From: an uncultured delta proteobacterium
Lineage (GTDB): Bacteria > Desulfobacterota > Desulfobacteria > Desulfobacterales > B30-G6
NCBI GenBank assembly: GCA_963823335.1
Contig: CAWGLD010000004.1
Location: 1-64,000, forward strand
Length of the DNA: 64,000 nt
Reading direction: 5' to 3'
Under the pieces are notes generated by a model that worked only from the letters and a program-made list of their open reading frames with translations, searched no databases and was not told the origin of the DNA. The position numbers and the translations under genes were made by a program. Below are positions 1 through 11,410 of the stretch, piece after piece; the stretch's first letter is position 1; each line of letters starts with the position of its first letter.

Positions 1-110
1 GAATAATAACCACCTTGTCAATGGGGTGAAGATAAAAACAGTTTTGGTTTTGTTGATAGTATTATTACTACCAATATACTCCAATACCTTTCATTCTTGC
101 GTTTTCCAAT

Positions 111-1865
111 TTGATGATATCTTTGTCAAATAGGAATATGATTTACGAAAAAAGACAAAATTTTCTCACGGTTGCGCTGGCGGTGCTCATGACTGTTTAT
201 ATTATTTCCATCATCATTCTTGCCTCGGTCCCACCGGTGAGCCGTGACGCGCTGACCCACCATCTCGCAGTTCCCAAGCTTTGGATAAAGCATGGCGGTA
301 TTTATGAAACGCCAGATCTGACGTTTTCATACTACCCCATGAACCTGGATCTTCTCTACGTCATCCCGTTATATTTTGGAAACGACATCATCCCGAAATA
401 TATCCACTTTGCCTTTGCTCTTGCAACTGCATGGCTGATTTTCAAATATTTATGTGGCAAATTTAATCGATGGTATGCTTTTGCAGGCGCTTTATTTTTT
501 CTGACAACACCGGTCATTGTGAAGCTTTCAATTACAGCGTATGTCGATCTGGGTTTGATTTTTTTTACCACATTGTCGCTGCTGTATTTGATCAAGTGGG
601 GGGACAGCGGGTTCCGCATAACGTACCTGATTGTGTCTGCGGTTTCATGCGGTTTGGCCATCGGCACAAAATACAATGGCTTGATTTCAATATTTCTTTT
701 AGCCTTTATACCGCCATATGTATATCTCAAATGGTCCAAAACAAACCCGAACAAAAAAACCATTCGCTATCAATTAAAAGCATTGGGGTACGGCATACTT
801 TTTGTCTGCATTGCATGCATGGTATATCTGCCATGGATGGCAAGAAATCATATCTGGACCGGAAATCCCTTATACCCGCTTTTCAACAAACAAATGCAAG
901 CACCGCACCCAATTGACGATAAGACGCACAACCGCTGGTCGGGTATCATCCGGTTCTGTTGAAGATGAACAACCTAAACTCCCACCGAAGTCACCGGAAA
1001 TCGACAGCCACTTTATTGTGCGAAAGCTGGTATACGGGGAGTCCTGGCGGGAAACCGCTTCGATACCGCTCAGGGTTTTTTTTCAAGGCCGGGATGACAA
1101 TCCAAAATTCTTCGATGGGAAACTCAATCCATTCCTGCTGCTGCTGCCCTTGTTTGTTTTTTATCGATCGAATAAATGTTCGGTACGGTTCAACAGGGAA
1201 ATAATGTTATTGGGTCTCTTTTCGATACTGTATTTGCTGTTTGTTTTTTTTCGTATCGATATGCGCATCCGTTGGATCTCACCCATTATTCCACCACTTG
1301 TTATCCTTTCGGTTATCGGGTTGTTTCGAATGAAACAGATTTGCGATGCGTACACCAAAACAACAGAGGTCAATCTGTTCAAGGGGTTCTTCTGGCTCAT
1401 TCTGACCGCCATGTTTATGTTGAACATCGTCTATATGGTTAATCTTTACAAAGTGGTCGATCCACTTAGCTACCTGTCCGGTGGCGTACCAGTCGTGACG
1501 CCTATATCCAACGATTCCTCCCGGAGTACAGTGTTCTAACGTTTGCGAACCAGAACACACCACAAGATTCGGTAATTTTATGTCTCTTTCTCGGAAACAG
1601 GGGATATTACAGCGACAGGAAAATGAATTTTGATTATGGTCTTTTTGAACTTGCAACCCGAAACTCAGCATCGGCCAAAGATGTTGCCGATTTGCTGCAG
1701 GCCGGCGGAATTACCCACCTGACGGTTCGGCACGACTTGTTCAAAAAGTGGCAGCGCGATAATTTTACGCAATCAGAAAAAAAGGTGATTTCTTTGTTTT
1801 TTGATACGTATACGGAAACGCTTTATTCCAAAAACGGTTATACGCTATTGAAGATCAAATTATAA
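111..1865 (+). pseudogene. GT-C/PMT (ArnT-like, family 39-type) membrane glycosyltransferase split into three frames (pseudogene or sequencing indels)
   Basis: ORF 111-962 has many TM helices plus DALTHHL...YYP, YVDLG and GTKY motifs. ORF 802-1539 continues the membrane protein (RWISP). A third frame opens near 1486 (RTSRDAYIQRFLPEY...LGNRGYYSDRK) and runs into ORF 1623-1865. Frame changes fall near 900-950 and near 1483. Confidence 0.7.
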
Positions 1866-1907
1866 GGAAAATGTCCGGTCGTTAGAAATTCGCATCAAGC
1901 CCGCGCT

Positions 1908-3341
1908 TTAGCGCCCGATGCTTTTTACAAGGGTTGCAAACCCGGTAAAATACTTTTTGATGTCATTGAAGGATCTGATCGATTTCAAAAAACGAAAAAT
2001 AACTGTCGGGCGCATGTAAAAAACACGCAGGGCCTTTTTTTGCAATTCGCTCAATTCTTCGATGGTTCGCCCCTCAGCCACAAAGGGGATGTCCTTCTCT
2101 CCTTTCCAGCCTGACCAGGTATTGTATCTTGACCAGTCGTAGGTTCTTATCTGTCCTTTTTGGTCCAGATCGTCAAACATGGCCGTTCCCGGATAGGGGA
2201 TTGTTATGGTAAATTGGGCCCATAGCGGATTGAGTTTTTTGGCAAAAGCGATTGTATCGAGGCTTTCCTGACGGGTTTCAGTGGGAAGCCCCAGCATGAA
2301 AAACCCGCGGATCGATATGCCCGTTTTTTGGGTTATCTTGAACGTCTCTTCGACTTGTTTCAGGGAGATCGATTTGTTGATACTGTCAAGCAAGCGCTGG
2401 CTGCCGGTTTCAACACCGTAGCTGATCTGCCAGCACCCGGCTTTACGCATCAGCTGCAACAGGGGCTCATCCACCGTATCGACCCGGCTTTCACAGGTCC
2501 ATCGGATCTTTCGACTGATGCCGCTTGAAATCATTTCGTTTAAAAGGCTTGTTAAAAATTTCTTGTTGGCTGTCAGGGTGTCGGCTTCTATATTGATCTG
2601 CGAAACATGATAGTTGTCAATAAGAATCCTTATCTCATCGATGATGCGGCCAATGCTGTGAGCACGAAAACTTCGCCCGAAAGTACGGGAGCAATACGTA
2701 CACTTGAAGGGGCAGCCCCTGGCAACGATGATGGTGGGGCAATATGAGTCACCGGAGACACGCGAAGCGGTCAAATGGTACTTTTCCATCGGCAGAAGAT
2801 GTCGGGCCGGCGGTGGTATTTGATCCAAATCTTTCAGAAAGGGTCTTGGGTCTGTTTTTATAATCGTATCTTTTTTCCTGAAACAGATACCGTTTACCTT
2901 ATCAAGCTGGTCCCGATTTTTGACGATGTCCGCCATGGTCAACTCCCCTTCGCCAATACCCACCACATCGGCTTCGGGGATTTCCCTCAAGGTTCTTTCC
3001 GGCAGGGCACTGCAATGGGGGCCGCCAAGTACGATCATGCCTTCAAAGTTAGCGGTCCTTAACGCCCTGCACAGTTTTTGAGCCGCCACAAAGACCGGCG
3101 TTAAAACCGAAATCCCGATAAGCGCATCTTTGTGGTGTAAAATCTTTTCAACCAGATCATCGACACCCAGGTTTTCAGCCTGGGCGTCGATGATCTGCAC
3201 GGTAATACCTTGCAATTCAAGATAAGCAGCAATATAGGCAATGCCCAAAGGCTCGCTCACGGCGCCGAATTTTTTCATGTCTTCGCCATAACGCTCCTTA
3301 AGGCTAAACGGCGGGTTGACCAGGACAACAGATGATTTCAT
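1908..3341 (-). CDS. B12-binding (class B) radical SAM protein
   Basis: N-terminal EPLGIAYIAA and LGGPH cobalamin-binding region; ARGCPFKCTYC CxxxCxxC; GVETGS motif. Confidence 0.9.
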   Translation of the reverse strand: MKSSVVLVNPPFSLKERYGEDMKKFGAVSEPLGIAYIAAYLELQGITVQIIDAQAENLGVDDLVEKILHHKDALIGISVLTPVFVAAQKLCRALRTANFEGMIVLGGPHCSALPERTLREIPEADVVGIGEGELTMADIVKNRDQLDKVNGICFRKKDTIIKTDPRPFLKDLDQIPPPARHLLPMEKYHLTASRVSGDSYCPTIIVARGCPFKCTYCSRTFGRSFRAHSIGRIIDEIRILIDNYHVSQINIEADTLTANKKFLTSLLNEMISSGISRKIRWTCESRVDTVDEPLLQLMRKAGCWQISYGVETGSQRLLDSINKSISLKQVEETFKITQKTGISIRGFFMLGLPTETRQESLDTIAFAKKLNPLWAQFTITIPYPGTAMFDDLDQKGQIRTYDWSRYNTWSGWKGEKDIPFVAEGRTIEELSELQKKALRVFYMRPTVIFRFLKSIRSFNDIKKYFTGFATLVKSIGR

Positions 3342-3414
3342 TTCAATGTTTTCCTTTCGCGAAGAAGCGGCATCGTCGCGTTCGATAAAATTTTCCTGCG
3401 ATTTTATCGACGTA

Positions 3415-4188
3415 TCAGTCAGCTTTATCGGCTACTACCATGTAGGCCGAGCCAAGATCGGTGTTTAAAAACAGCCTTTGTATAAAGTAAAACGGCATCG
3501 TGAAAATCTCTTTTGAGGCGATTTTGGTCAGCGTATTTTTTTTGCGCTTGATGCCGCTTTTTTTGGTGCGCTCCTCCTTGGCCATCTCTTTGCTCATTTC
3601 CACCTCATCAGCACGGTTTAAGTGAATAAGCGGGTCCAAAATCAGCGTAAGGGGATACCCGTAACACCAGATATGATTCACCTTAAAACCGGACAGGGCA
3701 AGTTTTTTAGCCAGGGATGTCTTTTCATAGCGGCGATAATGGCCAGCCCAAACGTCGTTGGTACCCCATTTTGACATGCGCGACGGTACCGACAAGATCA
3801 TTTTGCCACTGGGCTTGAGGTAACTGCCAAATCGCCGCAGGGCTTTCATGTCGTCGCCAATGTGCTCAAGCACTTCAAAAGCCGTGAGATAGTCGTAAGC
3901 GTGGCGCTTAATTTCATTTTCAGCGTCCAGAAGGGTTATTTTATTTCGAATATCCTGGTGGTATGTTGCGATGCGATTGGCGGTGTTTTGATACGCATCT
4001 TTTGAAAAATCATACCCCTCGACAACAAGCCCCATTTGGGCAAACATAATCAGCATGTCACCCGGACCGTATCCGATCTCGATACATTTTTTGGCGCTTA
4101 AATTTTCTTTTTTAAGTACCGTTTTAACCAGGTTTTTACGCATGAAATACCTGGGCATCGGCATCCAGTCATCATTTTTAATTGCCAC
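3415..4188 (-). CDS. Class I SAM-dependent methyltransferase
   Basis: IEIGYGPG motif I; FEVLEHI; GHYRRY motif typical of glycan-cluster methyltransferases. Confidence 0.85.
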   Translation of the reverse strand: MAIKNDDWMPMPRYFMRKNLVKTVLKKENLSAKKCIEIGYGPGDMLIMFAQMGLVVEGYDFSKDAYQNTANRIATYHQDIRNKITLLDAENEIKRHAYDYLTAFEVLEHIGDDMKALRRFGSYLKPSGKMILSVPSRMSKWGTNDVWAGHYRRYEKTSLAKKLALSGFKVNHIWCYGYPLTLILDPLIHLNRADEVEMSKEMAKEERTKKSGIKRKKNTLTKIASKEIFTMPFYFIQRLFLNTDLGSAYMVVADKAD

Positions 4189-5113
4189 TTCTTACTTCCT
4201 TTGGCCTCAGACGCAGCATCAACCCTCCCAGTCCTGCAGACAGAAGATCAATTGCGGTTTGCAGTAATCTCAGACACACAACCACTATGGCGGCCATTTC
4301 AGCACCAATCAAAGGGCTCAAAAACAAAAAATATATCCCGTCTCTAACACCTATCCCGGCTGGACTGAAAACAGCCAAAAGCCCCATGGTGCCGGCCAGG
4401 GCCGTTATCGATATAATGGCAGGCGCCACGTCAATCGCCATCGGGGCAAAGGCATTCACAAAACACCAGGTGGACATACCGGCGCAGATGCACTGTCCCA
4501 GTACAACACCAATGCCGCCCATGGCCTGTTTAACGCTAAAACCTGTTTCGATGGGTGTATATCCCATCTTGTTCAACAAATAATTGCCCGGTTTGATAAA
4601 TAGATGGGGTCGAACCGCCATGGCACTTGTCAGGATAAAGAAGACGACCATAACTTTGGCAAAAACGGCCATCTCATCGGCCAACGATGAAAACAAAAGC
4701 GGCATTGAAAGCAAAAGCGCTACCGCAATCGTCATGATGGTGGCCATGACAGGCACAACAGCGGTGATACTGCGCTGCACATTGTAACGGGACAGCAGAT
4801 AAACGGCACTGCCCAAGACAGCGACCTTACCCGGAACGTATTTACCCAAAAAAGATATCCAGCTGATTGCTATCGCCACAATCATATCAAGCGGTTCATT
4901 AAAATATCTTAACAGCAGGCCATAAAGCAGCCCGACAAACAATCTGGTCGCGATCTCAAAAAGCGCGCTCAACCCCAGAAAGCGCACGTCAACATCAAGC
5001 TCGTTAAAGCTTACATTTACAATGGCGCCTAAAATCGCCTTGCCGACGAAATAAAGCACGACGGCCAGTAAAAGTACTTTTAAAAGCCGGACCCACAATA
5101 GCCTTTTGCCCAT
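4178..5113 (-). CDS. Flippase-like protein (LPG synthase TM / YbhN family)
   Basis: Hydrophobic with GKYVPG and PAGIGVRDG motifs. Confidence 0.8.
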   Translation of the reverse strand: MGKRLLWVRLLKVLLLAVVLYFVGKAILGAIVNVSFNELDVDVRFLGLSALFEIATRLFVGLLYGLLLRYFNEPLDMIVAIAISWISFLGKYVPGKVAVLGSAVYLLSRYNVQRSITAVVPVMATIMTIAVALLLSMPLLFSSLADEMAVFAKVMVVFFILTSAMAVRPHLFIKPGNYLLNKMGYTPIETGFSVKQAMGGIGVVLGQCICAGMSTWCFVNAFAPMAIDVAPAIISITALAGTMGLLAVFSPAGIGVRDGIYFLFLSPLIGAEMAAIVVVCLRLLQTAIDLLSAGLGGLMLRLRPKEVRSGN

Positions 5114-5162
5114 TTGTATAAGAATTTTTTTACCTTTATTTTTTTAAAACGCCTAAACCTTT

Positions 5163-6296
5163 TCAAACGGCTATCGCTTTAAAAATAATTTTTTCAATTT
5201 GAGCTTTGATAATTTGATTGGACAATCGGCGATGATACAATTTATTTCCTTTTTTCCCGATATCAGCGGCCATCTCCGGGTTCTGCGCCAGTTTTAAAAC
5301 GGCTTTTGACAAATCGAGCGGGTCGTCTAAATTGACCAGCAGTGCATCGTCGCCATCGGTAAACACTTTTTCACATGCGCGCGTGCGAGCCGTGATCAGA
5401 GGCTTGGCAGAGGCCAAGGACTGATAAGCCTTGTATGGAATAACCCGTTGGGCCTTTTCGGTATTGCCGAACACGCCTAAACAACAGCCTGCAGTTTCAA
5501 CATGTTTGCTGATCTCCGGCAATGGAATAAATCTGTTAATCCACGTTAGGTTTTTCAATTTCAGCTTTTCCAATAACATAGCGAAGTCTTGTCCGAGTTG
5601 TCCGTTGCCGATGACCAGAAACTTTATGTCCGTATGTTTTTCTTCAAGCAGCTTGGCCGCATGTGCCACAACTTCGGCACCATGTAATGGGATAAACGTG
5701 CTCCAGAAAACCACCTGAAACAGTTTGCCCGAAGGGAAGCTAACAGGTGTCCAGAGTGATTCATCGACACCCACCGGGACCACAGTTATCCGTTCGGAAT
5801 CAATGTTGAAATCGTTTATGAACATTGCCGCGTTATCATCGGTATCCACCAAAACAGAATCAGCCGCCCGCAGCAAGCATTTTTCATAGTGCCAGATCAA
5901 TCTGGCCGGCAGACTCGTTTTTTTAATTGTCTTGCGGTCTCGCACAGCCGTATCATAGATGCCGTAAAAAGCATCCAGCACCACCGGTTTTTTTCTTAAA
6001 CCGGCTAACATCAGCACCAGCCAGGCATCGGTGTGGGAGGGGTACGGTACAAAAACCAGATCGTGGGGGGGAAGGGTCAGGTATTTCAAGCCAAGCCACA
6101 GCCATCGCAAAGGTGCATGGACCAAGGCATGGACAATTTTGTTAAGCGGCTTGGCATCGGGGCGGGCAAATCCAAAATTGATCGTGCAATAGGAGGTGCG
6201 CGAACAAATTTGCGAAAAAGCCCGGCATAAAACCGAATTACGCGCCGCCTCCGGTCCATTGTTGGACAGTCCGAATATCACAACATGTTTCATCAC
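5163..6296 (-). CDS. Glycosyltransferase family 4
   Basis: GT-B features: STFIPLHG, IPYKAYQSLASAKPLIT. Confidence 0.85.
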   Translation of the reverse strand: MMKHVVIFGLSNNGPEAARNSVLCRAFSQICSRTSYCTINFGFARPDAKPLNKIVHALVHAPLRWLWLGLKYLTLPPHDLVFVPYPSHTDAWLVLMLAGLRKKPVVLDAFYGIYDTAVRDRKTIKKTSLPARLIWHYEKCLLRAADSVLVDTDDNAAMFINDFNIDSERITVVPVGVDESLWTPVSFPSGKLFQVVFWSTFIPLHGAEVVAHAAKLLEEKHTDIKFLVIGNGQLGQDFAMLLEKLKLKNLTWINRFIPLPEISKHVETAGCCLGVFGNTEKAQRVIPYKAYQSLASAKPLITARTRACEKVFTDGDDALLVNLDDPLDLSKAVLKLAQNPEMAADIGKKGNKLYHRRLSNQIIKAQIEKIIFKAIAV

Positions 6297-6423
6297 AAAT
6301 CGCTTTCACTACCAGACCCCAAATAGCTGAGGTACGGAATTTTTATTGCTGGCATCACCACATGCTAACGTTCATGCTTATTGAGATGTTGCATTGTCAT
6401 GACATATTTCCCTGTGTTTATTA

Positions 6424-7272
6424 CTATTTATCAAATCGCATCTGGCAGATCTGCTCCGAAATAAGCCCCAGCATAAAAATTAGAATAGAGGTGGTAAATA
6501 AAAGCATGCTCATGTTGGTAAAACGGCCCTGTGTAAAAAAAGTATAGCCATAATAGCATAACCCCATCAAAAACATGACAAAACTGGCCGGAAGAAAAAT
6601 CCGAAGGGGGGAGTAGAGTGTGCAGATTTTGACAATCACCATAATGAAATTGACACCATCCTTCAAGATATTGATATTGCTCCTTCCTTTATTTCGTTGG
6701 TGAACGGGTACAGGTAGGTATTTCACGCTTCTTCCCGTTCTGAGAACACCCAATGTCAAGGTGGTGGGATAGGAATAAGTGTTTGGCAGCAAATATAAAA
6801 ATTCTCTCGCGACATCTGCCTTTAGGGCCCTGAACCCAGATGTCAGATCTTTAATTTTAAATTTTGCAACATAAGAGGCCAGTTTGTTGTACAGTGAGTT
6901 ACCAAAAGCCCGCAGCCATGAGGCATGGCTCTTCAGTGTCCTTTCACCGACGACCATGTCAAATTCCGAAAGAAATTTCACCATTGGTTCAATATCCCGG
7001 GGGTCGTGCTGGCCATCCCCATCCATAAAGACAAGATATTGAGCTCGGGATATCCGGATACCGGTTTTTACTGCTGCGCCATTCCCTATATTGTACGGAT
7101 GGGAATGCACCTGGGCACCGGCGTTTTTTGCAAGGTCAGCAGTCTTATCCGTGGAACCATCATCCACCACAATTATGTGGTAGTCGGGGTAGATGTCACG
7201 TATTTTTCTTACGATATTGCCAATAGAGTGTTCTTCATTGTACGCTGGAATAATAATAGAAACTGGGTGCAT
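6424..7272 (-). CDS. Glycosyltransferase family 2 (DPM1-like) with C-terminal TM helices
   Basis: IIIPAYNEE, VDDGSTD, DGDGQH, DLTSGFR. Confidence 0.9.
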   Translation of the reverse strand: MHPVSIIIPAYNEEHSIGNIVRKIRDIYPDYHIIVVDDGSTDKTADLAKNAGAQVHSHPYNIGNGAAVKTGIRISRAQYLVFMDGDGQHDPRDIEPMVKFLSEFDMVVGERTLKSHASWLRAFGNSLYNKLASYVAKFKIKDLTSGFRALKADVAREFLYLLPNTYSYPTTLTLGVLRTGRSVKYLPVPVHQRNKGRSNINILKDGVNFIMVIVKICTLYSPLRIFLPASFVMFLMGLCYYGYTFFTQGRFTNMSMLLFTTSILIFMLGLISEQICQMRFDK

Positions 7273-7650
7273 AGTGTTATTTTAACCTGTTGGGGAAGAT
7301 GATTTATGTTGATTTGTGACAGCTTCTTGCGTCACGGCTTTTGATTCGATGAATAGTAGCATTAATAGGCAATACATGCAAGCTGCACAAAGCTACGGGA
7401 ACGACCATCCTCGAAGCGGGTTGCGAGGTTCTTCAATTCTCCGATGGTAATGAGTTAAAAAAACTATTTGTGCATTCAGCAGGTCTCTGCCTTAAAAAAT
7501 GAATCCTGGTATTGATAATGGGTATCAGGTTATGATAGCATAGTGAATTCAGCGTGATCGACTCAGATAATAAGCTGGGAAATGTAAATTCTTCAATAAT
7601 TTCCGGGAAGGACAAGGCGGTACTTTCAAGGGGTTGAACAATGTCGAAGG

Positions 7651-7727
<77 letters not shown>

Positions 7728-7834
7728 ACAAGGGGTGGATTGAAAGCTCGACCGGTGCATAACATATGTTGAAATTCATGTCCATATAAATCCGTGCCAA
7801 AAGGAACCGGGCCGGAGTTACAAACAAATCACAG

Positions 7835-8842
7835 GTGATTGCCGACGTGACAAAAAAAAATAAATCTTCGAAAAAACCGCCAAAAAGGGCTACCCCTGAT
7901 AAAAGGACTGCCAAAGAGTCTAAATCAACAATGAATACAAACGCAAAAAAGGATGCATCCGCTGAAAAATCGGTGGTCAAGTATGATCCGCTCCAGCGCT
8001 ATCTGAATGAAATCAGTCAATATAATTTATTGACACGGGATGAAGAAAGAGAACTCGGCGCCCTGGTTCAGGAACACGGTGACTCAAAAGCTGCTTACAG
8101 ACTGGTAACTTCGAACCTCCGTCTGGTGGTTAAAATTGCATTGGAATTCCAAAGGGTCTGGATGCAGAATCTTCTGGACCTGATTCAGGAAGGCAACATC
8201 GGGCTCATGCAGGCAGTTAAAAAATTCGACCCTTATAAAAATGTAAAGTTTTCCTATTATGCGTCGTTCTGGATCAAAGCCTATATTTTAAAGTTCATCA
8301 TGGACAACTGGCGCCTTGTTAAAATCGGAACGACCCAGGGACAACGAAAACTTTTTTTCAAACTGAAAAAAGAGAAGCAGCGGCTGATAGATGAAGGTTT
8401 CGATCCCAAACCGAAACTGCTTTCAGAGAAACTGGGTGTGTCTGAACGTGAAATCGTCGACATGGATCAACGTCTGAACGGTTGGGATGTGTCGCTGGAT
8501 GCACCCCTGAAAGACGATTCCGATACCGAACGGATCGAGTTTCTGAGTACGGAAACAGCTTCCATCGAAGACAACGTAGCCAAAAAGGAGATGGAATTTC
8601 TGTTGCATGCCAAAATCGCGGAATTCAGGAAAAAAATGACCAAGCGTGAACTCGAAATATTCGATCAGCGCATTTTTTCTGATAGCCCGGTAACGTTACA
8701 GGAAATCGGGGATCGATACGGCATATCCAGAGAAAGGGTTCGCCAGGTCGAAAAAAGTGTTGTCAAAAAAATGAGAGAGTTTTTCAAAAAAGAAATACCT
8801 GATTTCGACGTATACGCATATACGAACAGTCCTGAGACATGA
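7835..8842 (+). CDS. rpoH: RNA polymerase sigma-32 family factor
   Basis: SNLRLVVKIA, DLIQEGNIGLMQAV, RpoH box QRKLFFKL, TLQEIG...SRERVRQ. The start codon is uncertain. Confidence 0.9.
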   Translation: MIADVTKKNKSSKKPPKRATPDKRTAKESKSTMNTNAKKDASAEKSVVKYDPLQRYLNEISQYNLLTRDEERELGALVQEHGDSKAAYRLVTSNLRLVVKIALEFQRVWMQNLLDLIQEGNIGLMQAVKKFDPYKNVKFSYYASFWIKAYILKFIMDNWRLVKIGTTQGQRKLFFKLKKEKQRLIDEGFDPKPKLLSEKLGVSEREIVDMDQRLNGWDVSLDAPLKDDSDTERIEFLSTETASIEDNVAKKEMEFLLHAKIAEFRKKMTKRELEIFDQRIFSDSPVTLQEIGDRYGISRERVRQVEKSVVKKMREFFKKEIPDFDVYAYTNSPET

Positions 8843-10554
8843 TGAAGCTATATTTCCCCCGCCAATTGACGGCCGCAATACTGACAATGTCCATTCTTGC
8901 CTGCGTACCAGCTGTTTCCAATGCACCACATGGAGGACTTGCGCCCGAAGACGTCTCCTTACGGATGGATAACAGTTATTATTATTTTACCGAGGCACAA
9001 CTGGCACTCAAGAAGGGCCAGGTGGATCACGCCATTCAGCTTCTTCAGAAAGCCACCGAGATCGACCCCGGATCGGTTTTTCTTTATCAGGAGCTCGCTT
9101 CTCTCTATCTGAGTCAAAAAAAGACCACGGAAGCCTTGCTCGCCCTTGAAAAAGGGCTTGCCATGAACCCGGATCATGTGGAAGCGCTTATACTTTACGG
9201 CAATATCAACCACACCCTCAAGCAGTTGGACAAAGCAAAGCAGGCCTATAAGAGGGCCATCGAATTAGCCCCGCAAAAGGAAGAACGGGTATATTTACTC
9301 CTGGGAGGTATCCTGATGGAGGAGGGTGAGCTCGACGACGCCTTTGATCTCTACCAGCAGTTAGTGGAATTATTTCCAGCATCGTTTGCCGGCCATTTCT
9401 TTTTAGGAAAAATCCATGCTGAACAGGGTCGTTCCGATGAAGCGGAGGCCGCCTTCACCAGAGCGCTTGAACTGGAACCGGATCTTGAAGAAGGCCGTTT
9501 CGAACTGCTCAAAATCTACCAGGCCGAAGGCGACAACGAAAAGGTACGTACCCTTTATCTGGAACTGCTCGATAATAATCCGAACAATACACACGCTGCC
9601 ATGGAACTGGGTCTTTTCTATCAGAACAACGGGTTCATGGAAGAGGGTGAAATTCTGTTGAAAGATCTTGGTCTAAGAAGTGAACAGGATCCGGAGATCA
9701 TCAGAAAGATTGTTCAGCTCTATATCGACCCCAAACAATACGACGATGCCATTGTCATACTCGAAGGCATGCTGAAGGGCATGCCGGGCAACTCGGATTT
9801 ACAATACCTGGCAGGGGTTTCCTACGATGGAAAAGGGGATGACGACAAAGCCATGGCGTATTTTAAGATGGTCACACCCGGCAACCGGTTCTATGAGAAT
9901 GCCGTTGTGCACATCTCGATCCTTTATCAGGAGCAAGAAAAAATAACGGAGGCTATCGCCTACCTCAAGACAGCCATCGAGCATTACCCCGACAGCCCTG
10001 AATTCCTGCTTTATTTAGGATCTTTTTATGAAGAGATCGAGGCTTACGGTGACGCGGAAACGGCATTGAAAAAAGGTCTGGAGATCGACCCTGGTCATGC
10101 CCGGATTCAATTCCGACTGGGTGTCGTATATGACAAGTGGGGCAAGAAATCAGATTCCATCACTCATATGCGAAAGGTTATCGCCCTGGAGCCTGAAAAC
10201 GCCAATGCCTTGAATTACCTGGGATACACCTATGCCGATATGGGTGAAAATCTGGATGAAGCAGAATCCCTGATCCGCGAAGCATTGAAATTTAAACCCG
10301 ATGACGGTTATATCACCGACAGTCTGGGCTGGGTTCTCTACAAAAAAGGTCTTTTTCAGGAAGCATTGATATATCTCGAAAAAGCTGTGAAACTGACCTC
10401 GGATGACCCCATTATCCTGGAGCATCTGGGTGACGTCTATTTACAAATCCATGACAAGGAAAATGCTTTAAAATATTACCAAGAGTCACTGCAAAAGAAA
10501 ACCGAGGACACTGAAATTCTCGAGAATAAAATCAGTGATCTCCTGGAGCCGTGA
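8839..10554 (+). CDS. TPR-repeat lipoprotein
   Basis: Lipobox-like ILAC, many TPRs, NALNYLGY...DSLGW C-terminal motif. Confidence 0.85.
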   Translation: MMKLYFPRQLTAAILTMSILACVPAVSNAPHGGLAPEDVSLRMDNSYYYFTEAQLALKKGQVDHAIQLLQKATEIDPGSVFLYQELASLYLSQKKTTEALLALEKGLAMNPDHVEALILYGNINHTLKQLDKAKQAYKRAIELAPQKEERVYLLLGGILMEEGELDDAFDLYQQLVELFPASFAGHFFLGKIHAEQGRSDEAEAAFTRALELEPDLEEGRFELLKIYQAEGDNEKVRTLYLELLDNNPNNTHAAMELGLFYQNNGFMEEGEILLKDLGLRSEQDPEIIRKIVQLYIDPKQYDDAIVILEGMLKGMPGNSDLQYLAGVSYDGKGDDDKAMAYFKMVTPGNRFYENAVVHISILYQEQEKITEAIAYLKTAIEHYPDSPEFLLYLGSFYEEIEAYGDAETALKKGLEIDPGHARIQFRLGVVYDKWGKKSDSITHMRKVIALEPENANALNYLGYTYADMGENLDEAESLIREALKFKPDDGYITDSLGWVLYKKGLFQEALIYLEKAVKLTSDDPIILEHLGDVYLQIHDKENALKYYQESLQKKTEDTEILENKISDLLEP

Positions 10555-10615
10555 TCTGCGCCGTGCAGAAAAGGTGCCTTCGGAAATTCGATTGTCTTTC
10601 GAATGAAATCCCCTC

Positions 10616-11407
10616 ATGATGAAACAATTCTTAGCCACATGCAGTGCCGTTCTTTTTATTCTCTCAGGATGTGCAGGACTAAAGGACCCGGGTGCGATAA
10701 AACCGATACAACCGGAATCGATACCGGGTCAAGAAATTGATCCGGCATCCGTTTTTGCCGATCTTGAGCAGACCAATTCCCGACTCGTCTCTTTTAAAGG
10801 TATTGGAAGGATCAAACTATGGAAACCTGATGGCCTGCAGAGCACACGGGTCGTATGGGCCGGATATCAATCGGAAAAGCTGCGACTGGAAATACTGGGT
10901 GTCGGCGGAAGGCCTTTTTCGAGTATTGTCTATGACGGCAGCCGACTTTATCTATCTCTCCATTCAGAACGCCGTTTCTATCAAAAAATGACACGTCAGG
11001 CAGACCTCAGCCGTCTCATATCACTGCCGGTAACGGTCCATGATGTTCTTTGCATACTTGCCGGTCGTGTGCCACTCCTGAAGAATGCCACCCTGACCCT
11101 TGAAAGTGAATCCATCGGAAACCGCTATGTCCTTATTTTAAGAAAAGGATGGTTAAAAAAACGAACAGGAAAAATTTACCTGCTCGAAGACATGAAAACA
11201 GTCTGGAAATACGAGCTGTTTCAGGGAACGGATACACTTCTGTATCGGGTTGAATTTTTACGTCGCAAGCCATACGGTGAATATCAACTCCCGGATATCC
11301 TGTTGTTTTCCAATGACCTGCAGACCAAAATCCGCATCGACGTCGACAACATATGGCCTGATGCAAATTTGCCATCCTCTGTTTTTGTACTCAAACCGCC
11401 GGAATAA
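10616..11407 (+). CDS. Lipoprotein, LolB/DUF4292-like
   Basis: Lipobox LSGC; beta-rich LolA/LolB-like pattern; usual position after the TPR gene. Confidence 0.6.
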   Translation: MMKQFLATCSAVLFILSGCAGLKDPGAIKPIQPESIPGQEIDPASVFADLEQTNSRLVSFKGIGRIKLWKPDGLQSTRVVWAGYQSEKLRLEILGVGGRPFSSIVYDGSRLYLSLHSERRFYQKMTRQADLSRLISLPVTVHDVLCILAGRVPLLKNATLTLESESIGNRYVLILRKGWLKKRTGKIYLLEDMKTVWKYELFQGTDTLLYRVEFLRRKPYGEYQLPDILLFSNDLQTKIRIDVDNIWPDANLPSSVFVLKPPE

Positions 11408-11410
11408 TCG

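Noticed and set aside
7626-7635. TCAAGGGGTT downstream of both tRNAs
   Set aside because: Only 10 nt, in opposite orientation relative to each tRNA; too weak to call an att or regulatory site.
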